From: a virus | Reading direction: 5' to 3' (one strand) | Virus record (IMG/VR): IMGVR_UViG_3300044535_000472 | Location: 58,615-122,614 of that record | Length of the DNA stretch: 64,000 nucleotides | Shown: positions 48,711-58,675 of the stretch, in pieces | How positions within the stretch are numbered: position 1 is the stretch's first letter | Layout: every line of letters begins with the position of its first letter | Notes under the pieces: model-generated | Told to the model about the DNA's origin: nothing | The model's database searches: none | What the model saw: only the letters and a program-made list of their open reading frames with translations | Translations under genes and position numbers: made by a program

Positions 48711-48869
48711 TTATTGCTGACTTTTCAAATTTTGAAGCTCTTGGTATATAGCAAGAAGCTGCGCTTCTTTTTGCGCTATCAATTCTTCTTTCGTTGGTTC
48801 TTCTACTTCAATGAACTCAACTCTTACAAGTCCATTTTCGTCATAAATTTCGTTTCTTACTTGTGGCAT
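48711..48869 (-). CDS. Small tail-fibre-associated protein, 52 aa
   Basis: MPQVRNEIYDENGLVRVEF...; true start lies inside the longer track ORF. Confidence 0.55.
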   Translation of the reverse strand: MPQVRNEIYDENGLVRVEFIEVEEPTKEELIAQKEAQLLAIYQELQNLKSQQ

Positions 48870-48873
48870 ATTA

Positions 48874-49527
48874 TTAAGCTTTAGTGATTCCGATATATTG
48901 CAAATTCTGGCTAATAAATGAAGAGCCAGCGGCAAATGTAGCTGGTGTTGGTGTTGCAAAAGTTAACGCATAAAAAACCGAATTTGCTGCACTTGTTACT
49001 CCGTTCATTCTTAAAGGTATTGATTGCGTTTGCAATATGCAAGATAAAGAACCAGCAGTCGCGCCACCATGAAAAGCAAGCCAATATATTGTGCCTGCCA
49101 CAAAATTAAATGTTGTTAATGCTGTTTTTTGTCCAGTTGTTGAACAATCCAAATCACTGCTCACAAATAATCTTGAATTTGGATAACCATCGAGATCGCT
49201 GTAAATTGCTATTCGACATAAAGAGCCAGCAACACCAGAGTTTACGTTAATAAATAAATTCGATGCTGTAAAACTTTGTGCGGGAATAAATGGGTAGGCG
49301 ACTAATCTATTCGCTGTGAAGTTTGTGCTTGACAAAGGGTTAATTGAAATTGTAATCGCACTTGTAGCACCACCGCTTGGCAAAGGTAAAAATGTATGTG
49401 CACCAAATGCACCACCGCTATACTGTGGAATGTTCAACGTAGCACCTGTTAAAGTAGCTGCGCCACTTGTTCCCGTTGTCGTTAAAGTGAGTTTCTCTTG
49501 TCCAATTATGTTAATTTCTGTGCTCAT
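48874..49527 (-). CDS. Tail appendage/C1q-like beta protein, 217 aa
   Basis: TGTSGAATLTGATLNIPQY linker followed by a Thr/Gly-rich beta domain. Confidence 0.55.
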   Translation of the reverse strand: MSTEINIIGQEKLTLTTTGTSGAATLTGATLNIPQYSGGAFGAHTFLPLPSGGATSAITISINPLSSTNFTANRLVAYPFIPAQSFTASNLFINVNSGVAGSLCRIAIYSDLDGYPNSRLFVSSDLDCSTTGQKTALTTFNFVAGTIYWLAFHGGATAGSLSCILQTQSIPLRMNGVTSAANSVFYALTFATPTPATFAAGSSFISQNLQYIGITKA

Positions 49528-49538
49528 ATTAATATGTT

Positions 49539-50789
49539 TTATCTACTTATTTCTTCCCAATCCATTGATACGTATGCTCCTAAAGTTCCCCCAATTGTAT
49601 CTATTGCCATTTCAACTACTATTTCAAGAGGTGTGCTTGTAAAAGAATTTCTCTCTAATTGACTAGCAAATATTGCCTCTTTTAATATATTGATACTTGG
49701 AGAACCTTGGTTAGATGAATTTACATATCCTTGCGCTAAAATTCTACCACCTGAAACTGTAGTTCCTGTAAGGTTATATTCTACAGATGAATCTGCTCCT
49801 GCTGAAACCCAAGATCCTCCTGTTGTTATAGCAGATTGCACAATTCTCCATGCATAGTTTTTACCATTACCAATTCCTAATAAAGATACTGCTGTGGTTA
49901 TGACTACAGCATCCAATGTAGCAGCCTTAAGTCTAATTCCTACCATTGGATAATACGTTCCTGCTGCAGCAAAAGTTTTTGGTGTAGTAATAGGAGTTCC
50001 AACTGCGAGTTGAGCACCCCTAAGTTCATATCCTCCCTCAGATATTACAGTAGAACAAACTTGCTTTAATGTACTAGCACTTGCTGTTGCCCCTGTATTA
50101 GTTATCTCATATCTTAACGGTAGAGATGCGGTAGTAATATAAGTTGAAGTAATTAAATTAGCATGATGAAATTTATGGCAAATATAGAATTGACCATTAA
50201 TTACAAAACCTAATCTAACTGTTCCCACTCCTAGCCACTCAACATCCATGAAAAGTATCTGAGCTTTGGTTATATCTAGGGTAATTCCCGATGGCCCTGT
50301 GCCATTCATCTTATCCACATTCCAAGAAGATTGATCAACAGTAGTTTCTGTAATTGCACCTGTAACTAAAGTCCTTTCTACAAAACTTAGAGTAGAGTTA
50401 TTAAGTTGTAAGTAAAATCCATTATCCCTACTAAAGTAACCTACTCTTTGTCTAAGATTAGTTTTGGTAGGAGCCATTACAAATGTATTCAACACAAGTA
50501 ATGACTTACCTGGTTGATATGAGAATACTTTAAAAGTTTCTCTTAGTACTTGGGATCCGCTTGTTGTATTTACATTTAGGTCTACTAAACCTTGACTTGC
50601 ATTAAATACTGCTGCTCCTCCACTTGCTGTAGCAGTAGCCCATAACCCGTTATCTTTATATCTATGTGAAGAATCAAATAGAGTTAAGGGATTTGATACT
50701 CTTAATCTACCAAACGCATCTGCTAACATTGGATCATTAGCAACTATTGATTGATTAGATACGCTAGAAGTAGATATTATAGTACTCAT
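49539..50789 (-). CDS. Virion structural protein, 416 aa
   Basis: DAFGRLRVSNPLTLFDS motif, familiar from aquatic phage structural proteins. Confidence 0.65.
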   Translation of the reverse strand: MSTIISTSSVSNQSIVANDPMLADAFGRLRVSNPLTLFDSSHRYKDNGLWATATASGGAAVFNASQGLVDLNVNTTSGSQVLRETFKVFSYQPGKSLLVLNTFVMAPTKTNLRQRVGYFSRDNGFYLQLNNSTLSFVERTLVTGAITETTVDQSSWNVDKMNGTGPSGITLDITKAQILFMDVEWLGVGTVRLGFVINGQFYICHKFHHANLITSTYITTASLPLRYEITNTGATASASTLKQVCSTVISEGGYELRGAQLAVGTPITTPKTFAAAGTYYPMVGIRLKAATLDAVVITTAVSLLGIGNGKNYAWRIVQSAITTGGSWVSAGADSSVEYNLTGTTVSGGRILAQGYVNSSNQGSPSINILKEAIFASQLERNSFTSTPLEIVVEMAIDTIGGTLGAYVSMDWEEISR

Positions 50790-51226
50790 TATGTAATTGA
50801 GATAATTAGTAATTCTCCACCTGCTCCTGTAGCGTTGTAAGATACAGAACCTAGTGTATTGTTAATAGCACCAGCGTCAAAGTTCATTGTTTCACCAGGC
50901 TTTAATGTAACACCACCAACTGTTGCGTTGATGGTTCCTACATTAGCAAATGACATTGAGTATCTACCTGCTGCTATAGTACCTGATGTATTAGCAGGTC
51001 TAAGGAAAGTAGGGGTTCTTTGAACACCTGTTCCACCATCTACAGTTATGGAGTTACCACCATCCTGAATGTTTACTGCACCAGCACCACCTGGGTTTAC
51101 TACAGTGACGTCAATGCCAGCAAGAACATTGTTAATGATACTTTGAAGACCTTGCAATACTTTTAACTCATAGTTAAAGTTAGAACCTTTATCTCCACTT
51201 TTTGGGTTTCCGTTTCCTAGTGACAT
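50789..51226 (-). CDS. Tail-associated structural protein, 145 aa
   Basis: In operon; helical N-terminus and beta C-terminus. Confidence 0.55.
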   Translation of the reverse strand: MSLGNGNPKSGDKGSNFNYELKVLQGLQSIINNVLAGIDVTVVNPGGAGAVNIQDGGNSITVDGGTGVQRTPTFLRPANTSGTIAAGRYSMSFANVGTINATVGGVTLKPGETMNFDAGAINNTLGSVSYNATGAGGELLIISIT

Positions 51227-51228
51227 AA

Positions 51229-51606
51229 TTAGAATCTTATTTGTCTTTGGTTATCATAATGCTCGGGACCTTTAGCAACTCTGCAGTTAATAAGACCACT
51301 GTAAATTACTTCATCATCTTGGTTAGTGCTACTAAAGATAACAGCATCAATTAGCTTATATGTTTCTTCATCTCCCAATTCAGGCTTATGCTCAGCATAT
51401 AATGCTTCAATAGTAGCTAACTCAGCTTCAGTAATTTCTCCGTTAGGGTTAGCTGCTAAGTATTCTGTAATAGTTGTTTTTAAAGCTTCTATAGCTGCCT
51501 CATTTTCAGGATCTTGAGAGTTAAGTAACTCTAGTTCCTCTGCGGTAAACGGATAACTATTTGGAGTTGCCCATGTACCTTCTTCAATTGATTTATATAG
51601 TTTCAT
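51229..51606 (-). CDS. Acidic hypothetical protein, 125 aa
   Basis: In operon with 2-nt spacing. Confidence 0.55.
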   Translation of the reverse strand: MKLYKSIEEGTWATPNSYPFTAEELELLNSQDPENEAAIEALKTTITEYLAANPNGEITEAELATIEALYAEHKPELGDEETYKLIDAVIFSSTNQDDEVIYSGLINCRVAKGPEHYDNQRQIRF

Positions 51607-51608
51607 AA

Positions 51609-53435
51609 TTATAGAGTTTTAATAGTGTTAGTGCTATCTATACAAAGTACAGCTTTTGTTCCACCTATAGATGTGTAAAAAGATCCAGTAGTTTTTACAC
51701 AGTAGAATGCTTTACCATTTAATTTTGATAAAAGTGTGGTATCATTATTTCCAAAAGAGTTACCACCTCCTACACAGTTTATAAATGTACCATTTAAGTT
51801 TCCTGGAGGCTTTGATCCAAAGCTACTATCTGAAGCTACACAGTTATAAAAATAACCTGGGGCATCATTAGCTCCAAATGCAGCAGCTAACGCTTTGCAG
51901 TTCATAAAAGTTCCTGTAGCGTTTACACCAAAAGAACCACCACTACTATCGCTTATACAGTTATAAAAACTTCCGCTTGCTGTTCCAAAATATAAGGGGT
52001 TAACAGTAGTTCCAAAACCAAATACATTAAGACCACCTATTGTTCTACAACCTGTAAATACTCCTGATGCTGAAATACCACCAAAGGCACCTTCACCGGG
52101 ACCTCCTGGAAAAATAACTGTACAATCTGTGAAGGTTCCGCTTGCTGTAGCATTATAGTTAGTAGGATTCGAACCAAAACTATAACCATTTGCTGTGCAG
52201 TTAGTAAATGTACCAGCAACAGTTACGTTATTTACACCTACTCCAAATGAAATATAACCTGCTGTACAGTTTTCAAATATTGCACCTGGACCAATACTTA
52301 CACTACCTGACACAGAATTAAATGCTGCACCAAATGAAAATGCACCTACACCTCCGCCTGGTAATTTACAGTTATAAAACTGACCGCCAATTGTTACGTT
52401 TGATGTGCTACCGTTAGTACATCCAAAACTATAACCGAAGGCTAAACAGTTGGTGAATATTCCATTTACAGATACATTACCTGCTTGCGAGTATCCAAAG
52501 GAGCCATTACCACTTGCTGTACAATCTGTATATGTACCATTATTATTTACTATTCCTGTAGAAAGAGCTGCGCCAAATGAGTTACCACCAGATGTACAAT
52601 TTTTAAAACGTGCCGATACGCTTACGCTAACAGTTCCTGAATCGGTTGCTCCAAAAGAACCTGGACCAGCGGTGCAATTTTCAAAACTCCTACCAATTGT
52701 AATAAATGCTGTATTATCAGAGTCTGGAGGTGTTATATACGGAAAAGGAACTGTATTGACCACACAAGATCCAAATGAGTTATTCCCTGCTGAGCAGTCT
52801 TTAAATGCGCAAGATAACCCAAACATTCCGCTTGTTCCTGTTCCAAATGAATAGGGCCCAGCATGACAGTTTGTGAAAGAAGAAGCACTTGCGCCGGTTG
52901 ATCCAATTAATATTTGACCACCAAAGTAAGTATTAGTATCAAGACCCGTGTATTCACACCACATGGCATTTGCGCAAAATGTACTAATTTGCACATCAGT
53001 TCTCCCATCTGCATCGTAATTAGCTGTAAGACCGCGAAGATTAATGTAAGGTTCAGTAAGTTCCCAGCCAAATGTGCCGTTATAAGCAGACATATCATAC
53101 GTTCCTGGAGCTATAATAATAGTAAATGTATTATTATTACTTCTAGGAATACCGTAAGGTGTTGATGCTGCTGCAATATCATATGCAGCTTTTAGTTCTG
53201 CACCGTTTACAGTAGGGTCATTACTACCTCCTTTTACAAGGATATATGATTCACCTTGAAGACCGCCTACAGCTTTTGCAAAGTCTTCTACGGTCATACC
53301 ATATGACTGGTACTTATCTCCGCGTTTAGCAAATGATACATTGCTACCTAGAATAACAAGATCTTGTGTAGGATCTTGTACTTCTTTTTTTATTAGTCTG
53401 TTTTTGAGTAGGTATACCCAGTTTATAATATCCAT
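51609..53435 (-). CDS. Tail fibre/spike with MDIxNW anchor and beta-solenoid repeats, 608 aa
   Basis: About 15 F-x-[ND]-C...[SA]-F-G repeats. Confidence 0.7.
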   Translation of the reverse strand: MDIINWVYLLKNRLIKKEVQDPTQDLVILGSNVSFAKRGDKYQSYGMTVEDFAKAVGGLQGESYILVKGGSNDPTVNGAELKAAYDIAAASTPYGIPRSNNNTFTIIIAPGTYDMSAYNGTFGWELTEPYINLRGLTANYDADGRTDVQISTFCANAMWCEYTGLDTNTYFGGQILIGSTGASASSFTNCHAGPYSFGTGTSGMFGLSCAFKDCSAGNNSFGSCVVNTVPFPYITPPDSDNTAFITIGRSFENCTAGPGSFGATDSGTVSVSVSARFKNCTSGGNSFGAALSTGIVNNNGTYTDCTASGNGSFGYSQAGNVSVNGIFTNCLAFGYSFGCTNGSTSNVTIGGQFYNCKLPGGGVGAFSFGAAFNSVSGSVSIGPGAIFENCTAGYISFGVGVNNVTVAGTFTNCTANGYSFGSNPTNYNATASGTFTDCTVIFPGGPGEGAFGGISASGVFTGCRTIGGLNVFGFGTTVNPLYFGTASGSFYNCISDSSGGSFGVNATGTFMNCKALAAAFGANDAPGYFYNCVASDSSFGSKPPGNLNGTFINCVGGGNSFGNNDTTLLSKLNGKAFYCVKTTGSFYTSIGGTKAVLCIDSTNTIKTL

Positions 53436-53448
53436 CCTGTTTAAGTTT

Positions 53449-53688
53449 TTATTTTAATTTTTGTTCTTTAGCTACTGCTAAAGTACGTAATTCATCGTTA
53501 TAATACACGTTCCCATTTACAATAGTTCCTTTTCTTATTGCAAGTGAAGCATCTGCAGCGTTTCTATAAACAGGAAGGTCATTGATAGTTTGCGCATAGT
53601 TATATGCAAGTTCAAGACGTTTTGTTTGTGAGGCCTTTGCAATTTCTGCTGCTGCTCTCTGTAGGTAGTTAGGAAAAATATTTGCCAT
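53449..53688 (-). CDS. Small tail-associated protein, 79 aa
   Basis: LPVY...G..YY motif of the type seen in tail fibre modules. Confidence 0.5.
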   Translation of the reverse strand: MANIFPNYLQRAAAEIAKASQTKRLELAYNYAQTINDLPVYRNAADASLAIRKGTIVNGNVYYNDELRTLAVAKEQKLK

Positions 53689-53707
53689 GTTTTTTTTTAT
53701 TTTATGT

Positions 53708-54343
53708 TTATCCTTTATTTATTGTTACTTCGTAATAGCTTACTACAGTTGAGTCTGCTACACTAACGTTCTGCATATAGAATATAAAGTACTGATCCTG
53801 AGCCCAGTTTATATTGTATGTGGAAACTGCTGTAGTAGAAACAGAATCATCATCAAAACCACCCGTGTTATAAGGAAATACCTCAGTAGAGGTACTTGAC
53901 TTTACAACAAGTGTTCTCGATAATTGCCCAAATGCAGCATTAGCACCTAAAGCAGCAATGGCAATACCACTACCACCTACAGCATCTGATGTATTTACAC
54001 TTACGTATTGGGCTGTTATTCCAGCTGTACCTGTTTTTCTACAACGAGTTCTTACAAAGATGCTATCTCCTGGAGCTACCGTATTAGCAGGTATGAGTAC
54101 ACTTGCAGATTTAGTTGCTGCAGTAACCCCTGTTACAGTAGTACCATCAGCAGTTCTAATGAACTGCGGGTTAACACCTATTGCTAATGCAAAGTCTTCA
54201 GAAGGCATGGCATAAGATTGATACTTATCACCACGCTTTTGGAAAGATACATCAGCACCTAACACTACTAAGTCTTGTGGACTATCTAGTTTAGTTCTGA
54301 TTAAGTTTTGTTTTTTTATGCCAAGCCAGTTAAGGATATCCAT
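53708..54343 (-). CDS. Tail appendage with MDIxNW anchor, 211 aa
   Basis: N-terminal ~55 aa paralogous to 51609..53435 and 54356..55270. Confidence 0.65.
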   Translation of the reverse strand: MDILNWLGIKKQNLIRTKLDSPQDLVVLGADVSFQKRGDKYQSYAMPSEDFALAIGVNPQFIRTADGTTVTGVTAATKSASVLIPANTVAPGDSIFVRTRCRKTGTAGITAQYVSVNTSDAVGGSGIAIAALGANAAFGQLSRTLVVKSSTSTEVFPYNTGGFDDDSVSTTAVSTYNINWAQDQYFIFYMQNVSVADSTVVSYYEVTINKG

Positions 54344-54355
54344 AATGTTTTAATA

Positions 54356-55270
54356 TTACGATGGGTAAATACGAACTTCTATTGCTGAGTTTGTCATTAG
54401 ACCATCGGTTAATGCGCCAGCAGCATTGTAAGTTTTAATGATTATACCACCTCCATCATAATATCCTACACCATATCCTGCTGTTACTCCATCTTTAGTG
54501 AAGAATGTTAATATGCGAGAAGGAGCTAAACCAGAATAAGCTGGAGCAACCCAAAAATAAACACCTGGATTATTTCTAAACCAAGTTGGTACAACTGCTA
54601 ATGTATTTTCTTTTACTACAACTACAGGATTGCTTGTTCCAGTTTGAAATACGCTTGCAACATATTTTAAATAGTTACCCGCACCACCTGATGCACCTTG
54701 AGGAATAGCTAAGTTCAAAGTTTGAACAGGAGATGATCCAGTAATAGTCGCAGTAGCACTAGAACCTGCTGGTAATGTGGTTACAGTTCCTATAGATAAA
54801 GAGTTACTTGGACCTGCAGGACCAGTTGGACCTTGCAAACCAGTAGCACCTGTAGCTCCAGTAGCACCTTGTGCAGCAAGTAATGCCCAATTAGTAGGGT
54901 CAACATTAGGAGGTGTAGCAGATGGACCTACAGGATCTATACAGAACCACGATGCTCCTGCATAACCCACAGCATCATCTACAACATAAGATGCTGCAGC
55001 AGACCATGATCCTTGCCAGTTTAATCCAGCAGGACCAACAGGACCGGGTGCACCAGCTGGACCGGTAGGACCCGCAACACCCGCTGGACCTTGAGGACCG
55101 GCAGGTAAAGTAGCAGCAAAGTCATTAATTTCCATTGCGTAGTTCTGATAAACATCGCCACGTTTATTAGTACCTACCTTAGCACCAAAGATCATTAAGT
55201 CTTTAGGGTTGTCAATAGAAGTGCGTACAAATTTGTTTTTGGCTAGATAAAGCCAGTTAAGAATGTCCAT
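54356..55270 (-). CDS. Collagen-like tail fibre with MDIxNW anchor and CBM5/12-like module, 304 aa
   Basis: Gly-X-Y repeats; WSAAASYVVDDAVGYAGASWFC resembles chitin-binding type 3 modules. Confidence 0.75.
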   Translation of the reverse strand: MDILNWLYLAKNKFVRTSIDNPKDLMIFGAKVGTNKRGDVYQNYAMEINDFAATLPAGPQGPAGVAGPTGPAGAPGPVGPAGLNWQGSWSAAASYVVDDAVGYAGASWFCIDPVGPSATPPNVDPTNWALLAAQGATGATGATGLQGPTGPAGPSNSLSIGTVTTLPAGSSATATITGSSPVQTLNLAIPQGASGGAGNYLKYVASVFQTGTSNPVVVVKENTLAVVPTWFRNNPGVYFWVAPAYSGLAPSRILTFFTKDGVTAGYGVGYYDGGGIIIKTYNAAGALTDGLMTNSAIEVRIYPS

Positions 55271-55334
55271 GAGTTGAGTAGATTAATGGATTAATATATA
55301 CTATAATATAAGGAATATCTGTAGGATAACCAAA

Positions 55335-55487
55335 TTATTCTACAGGTTCTTCAAACTTAGGTACCTCCTGATTTTGTTCTCTATTAAGTTTAGCAAAGAA
55401 CTCTAGTAAAGGTACTCCATACTTAGTAGGCATCTCATTGATAAAAGTTTCTAAATCTTTTAGGTTTTGTTCTGATAAGTTAATCAT
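55335..55487 (-). CDS. Small tail-fibre chaperone-like protein, 50 aa
   Basis: Manual translation MINLSEQNLKDLETFINEMPTKYGVPLLEFFAKL... Confidence 0.6.
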   Translation of the reverse strand: MINLSEQNLKDLETFINEMPTKYGVPLLEFFAKLNREQNQEVPKFEEPVE

Positions 55488-55621
55488 ATTGTTTGGTTTA
55501 TTATTTTTTCAGTTACTTCTTCCTCTACTACAATGTAGTTTCCCCACTCAATAGCTTCTTGCTCGTTAAGTGTTTCAATGCATCCGTCTTCAGTAAGCAT
55601 TCTGTATTTAATCAGTATCAT
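55484..55621 (-). CDS. Small acidic protein, 45 aa
   Basis: Manual translation MILIKYRMLTEDGCIETLNEQEAIEWGNY...; ATGA overlaps at both ends. Confidence 0.6.
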   Translation of the reverse strand: MILIKYRMLTEDGCIETLNEQEAIEWGNYIVVEEEVTEKIINQTI

Positions 55622-57276
55622 CGTGGTGTTGTGAATTTTTGTTTAAATAGGTAGTAGTCTACTATAAATGTTTGTAAAGATGTTGTACCTACTTGTTTCT
55701 GTACAACGGTTCCCCAGTAAGCGGCTCTTGCAGCTCCAGTTGGTATATTAGTAGTATGTGTTGCAACAAGAGTTCCGTTTATGTAAAATAAAACTTGTGT
55801 ACCGGCATCATTTACTTCTATTCTTAATTTGGTATAAGAACCAACAACTACTACAGAAGTTGTGGTAAATGTTCTTACATTATTTGAGGAGGTAACACAT
55901 TGCCAGTTAGGTGATGCTGTACTTCCACTTGATACACCGCCCTCATCGTATAAAAAGTATGCACCGTCTACTTGGTTGGGTGCTGCAAATACATCAAAAA
56001 AACCAAATATCGCATAATACCTTTCTGCAGGTGAACTTGCCGCATTTCTTTGAAAACCGTATTCATTTACTATTCTACCATTACCTAAGATAAATGGGGT
56101 TCTGGTAAAAATACCTGCAGCACCATTTGTAGTTGTACCAAGTATAAATGTTGTATTACCTTGACCTCTACCTAAAATATTTGCACCTGTATTTAATCCA
56201 GTACCTGCACCACTATTTGTAGCAGTAAAAATTATATCATCTGAACCAATACCGTCACTAAAATAATCTATACCGTTGTTTGCATACCATTGACTATTTG
56301 CATTGACTGGCATCCATCCCCAAAATGTATCAAAGTATTCAACACAACTTGTTGTTGTATTAAATATCTGAAGTCCAACTGCTGGTGAAGTGATAGCATC
56401 TCTTTGTGTTGTGGTCATGCGAGGAGGAAGGAAGCCGCGAGTTGTACTTGTTATATCAAGCATTGCTGAAGCATTTGGTCCGTATGTACCAACACCTAAT
56501 TGACCATTTATAACACCTCCTCCGCTATGTTCAAAATATCCTGTTTTTAACACACGGAATCTCATAACTGCACCAACTTGTAAATTCATTAATTCTGACA
56601 CACTATTACTCGCTGTGTCAGTTATATTTAACTTAAATGCTATTGGTGTTCCTGTTGTGTTCCAAGTTTGACTAATATCCAAAGCACTTGTTGCCGCGCT
56701 TCCTGTCAGCGTTGCAGGTGTTATTGTAGTTGTACCACTTACCCTCGCAGTCCCATTCACGTCTAATCTGAACCCTGCGTCTGTTTGTGTTCCTGTTGAA
56801 AGAAGTAAATTACCTGTGCCAAATAAAGTACCAATAACAGCAACAGAAGAATTGTATAATGTTAAATTAGTTGTTGCTAACGCTAAGTTATTAGCCCATA
56901 TGCTGCCGCAATTTACATTTCTGCTAAACCAACCATCTCTAAATCTTGTTGCAGAAACTCCTATATCATAAGTTGCGCTTGTTTGAGCAAGTATGTTTTG
57001 TGTTGTCGTTGTTCCTGCTATTTGTAATGTTGTAGCAGGCAAAGCCGTACCAATCCCCAACCTATTATTAACTTGATCCCAGAATAGGTTAGATGATTCT
57101 TGTAGTACATTACCTGTGCCTTCAAAGAGTATACGTCCTGCAGTACCACCTGTAATAGGGGTACTATTTACTATAAGCGTTGCTGGAATAACTGGTACTT
57201 TAGGTTTACCGTTTATACCCGTTATCTCAAGACCACCTACACCATATATGTTACCATTAGAATCCGTTAGTTGCAT
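55618..57276 (-). CDS. Tail fibre protein, 552 aa
   Basis: RLGIGT repeat. ASAMLDITSTTRGFLPPRMTTTQRDAI..PAVGLQIFNTTT is a motif common in Bacteroidota and their phages. Lectin-like C-terminus. Confidence 0.75.
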   Translation of the reverse strand: MQLTDSNGNIYGVGGLEITGINGKPKVPVIPATLIVNSTPITGGTAGRILFEGTGNVLQESSNLFWDQVNNRLGIGTALPATTLQIAGTTTTQNILAQTSATYDIGVSATRFRDGWFSRNVNCGSIWANNLALATTNLTLYNSSVAVIGTLFGTGNLLLSTGTQTDAGFRLDVNGTARVSGTTTITPATLTGSAATSALDISQTWNTTGTPIAFKLNITDTASNSVSELMNLQVGAVMRFRVLKTGYFEHSGGGVINGQLGVGTYGPNASAMLDITSTTRGFLPPRMTTTQRDAITSPAVGLQIFNTTTSCVEYFDTFWGWMPVNANSQWYANNGIDYFSDGIGSDDIIFTATNSGAGTGLNTGANILGRGQGNTTFILGTTTNGAAGIFTRTPFILGNGRIVNEYGFQRNAASSPAERYYAIFGFFDVFAAPNQVDGAYFLYDEGGVSSGSTASPNWQCVTSSNNVRTFTTTSVVVVGSYTKLRIEVNDAGTQVLFYINGTLVATHTTNIPTGAARAAYWGTVVQKQVGTTSLQTFIVDYYLFKQKFTTPR

Positions 57277-57277
57277 A

Positions 57278-57598
57278 TTAAACTTCTTGTACTAATACTA
57301 CATACTGTGTACCTGGTGCTGTTGTTATAATATATAACTGATCACCTACATCAAAGCTATATGTAAAAGTATCAGTTAAAATATCCCCAGCCGCTAAATT
57401 TACGGTATATATAGAAGTGGTTACAGGGCCAACTGCTTTTACCTTTCTTAAGGTAACAGAATTAGCTGCTGGATTTTGCAATCTTATAGATTGTGAAAAT
57501 GCAGCATTTAAACCTCCCGGTCTTGTGTAAATAAGGTTACTTCCGGCAGGTAATGTTCCTTCTAATGATATTACTCCCATATATATAAGATACCACAA
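57278..57598 (-). CDS. Small beta-rich structural protein (start may be 57580)
   Basis: First gene of the minus-strand operon. Confidence 0.55.
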   Translation of the reverse strand: MWYLIYMGVISLEGTLPAGSNLIYTRPGGLNAAFSQSIRLQNPAANSVTLRKVKAVGPVTTSIYTVNLAAGDILTDTFTYSFDVGDQLYIITTAPGTQYVVLVQEV

Positions 57599-57671
57599 AT
57601 ATAAAAAATTTCATATAAAAGTGTGTAGTATTAAAATTTTTTCTTAATCTTGTGTAAGATATCCACATCTT

Positions 57672-58673
57672 ATGAATAAGATTACCGCCACTGGCAAACT
57701 CGCTAAACAGTATCTTAAGAAGTATCCTAAGCTTCCTATCCAAACAATTGCTAAAATTATGCTCGCCGAAAATGAACTGCACTTCAATAGTGTAGATCAC
57801 GCGCGCTCACTACTGAAGCGGCATTCAGGCTTAGGTGGTAAGGAAACAAGGAAAAATGTAGATCCAGAATTACAAAGACCTATAACATATAATTATGCAC
57901 CATTTAATGACATACCAAAATCATATAAGTCTGGACCTAATGACTTTGTACTACCAAATGATGCTAATCATATTCTTGTTCTTTCTGATATACACTTTCC
58001 TTATCACGATGAAGAAGCTCTGGGTGCGGCTATTCAATATGGCATACAACAGCAGGTTAATACAATACTTCTTAACGGTGATATTCTAGATTTTTACCAG
58101 CTGTCACGCTTTGATAAGGACCCGAGCAAACCTAAGATGCAAGTAGAACTTGAACAAGGTAGATGGTTTATGAAAGCACTACGCACAGCATTTCCAAAAG
58201 CTAGAATCTATTATAAGATTGGTAACCACGAAGACAGACTTGAGAAGTGGCTAAGAATCAAAGCACCAGAGTGGATTGGGATGGATGAGTTTGAGTTAAA
58301 GATGTTATTACGCTTTGGGGAAAACCAAATAGAACTCATTGATTCAGATGCTACTATTAAAGTAGGTAACTTAAACATTATACATGGTCACGAATATTTA
58401 GGAGGTGGTACCGTAAATCCAGCAAGAAATTTGTATCTTAAAGCTAAGGCCAGTACTATTTGCGGACACTTCCATAGAAAATCAGAGTTTGTTACACGTG
58501 ATATTAACAACAACATTCAAGGTGCTTGGACAACAGGATGTTTATGTGAGTTATATCCCGAGTACATGAAAGGGCATAGCGATTGGGTACACGGCTTTGC
58601 AGTTATTAAGATAGAGAAGGATGGTTCCTTTTCAGTAGATAACAAAATGATTATTGACGGTAATGTAGTATAA
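57672..58673 (+). CDS. Calcineurin-like metallophosphoesterase with N-terminal helical/HTH-like extension
   Basis: Motifs SDIH, NGDILD, GNHE, HGHE, GHFH in order. Confidence 0.9.
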   Translation: MNKITATGKLAKQYLKKYPKLPIQTIAKIMLAENELHFNSVDHARSLLKRHSGLGGKETRKNVDPELQRPITYNYAPFNDIPKSYKSGPNDFVLPNDANHILVLSDIHFPYHDEEALGAAIQYGIQQQVNTILLNGDILDFYQLSRFDKDPSKPKMQVELEQGRWFMKALRTAFPKARIYYKIGNHEDRLEKWLRIKAPEWIGMDEFELKMLLRFGENQIELIDSDATIKVGNLNIIHGHEYLGGGTVNPARNLYLKAKASTICGHFHRKSEFVTRDINNNIQGAWTTGCLCELYPEYMKGHSDWVHGFAVIKIEKDGSFSVDNKMIIDGNVV

Positions 58674-58675
58674 CA

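Noticed and set aside
1-57598. Stop-codon reassignment (TAG or TGA), known in some crAss-like phages
   Set aside because: Terminase, portal, MCP and the giant genes are intact and tightly packed in the standard code; TAG and TGA act as real stops.
48874-57598. Diversity-generating retroelement or invertible tail-fibre cassette
   Set aside because: No reverse transcriptase or recombinase, no TR/VR pair differing at adenines, all genes co-oriented.
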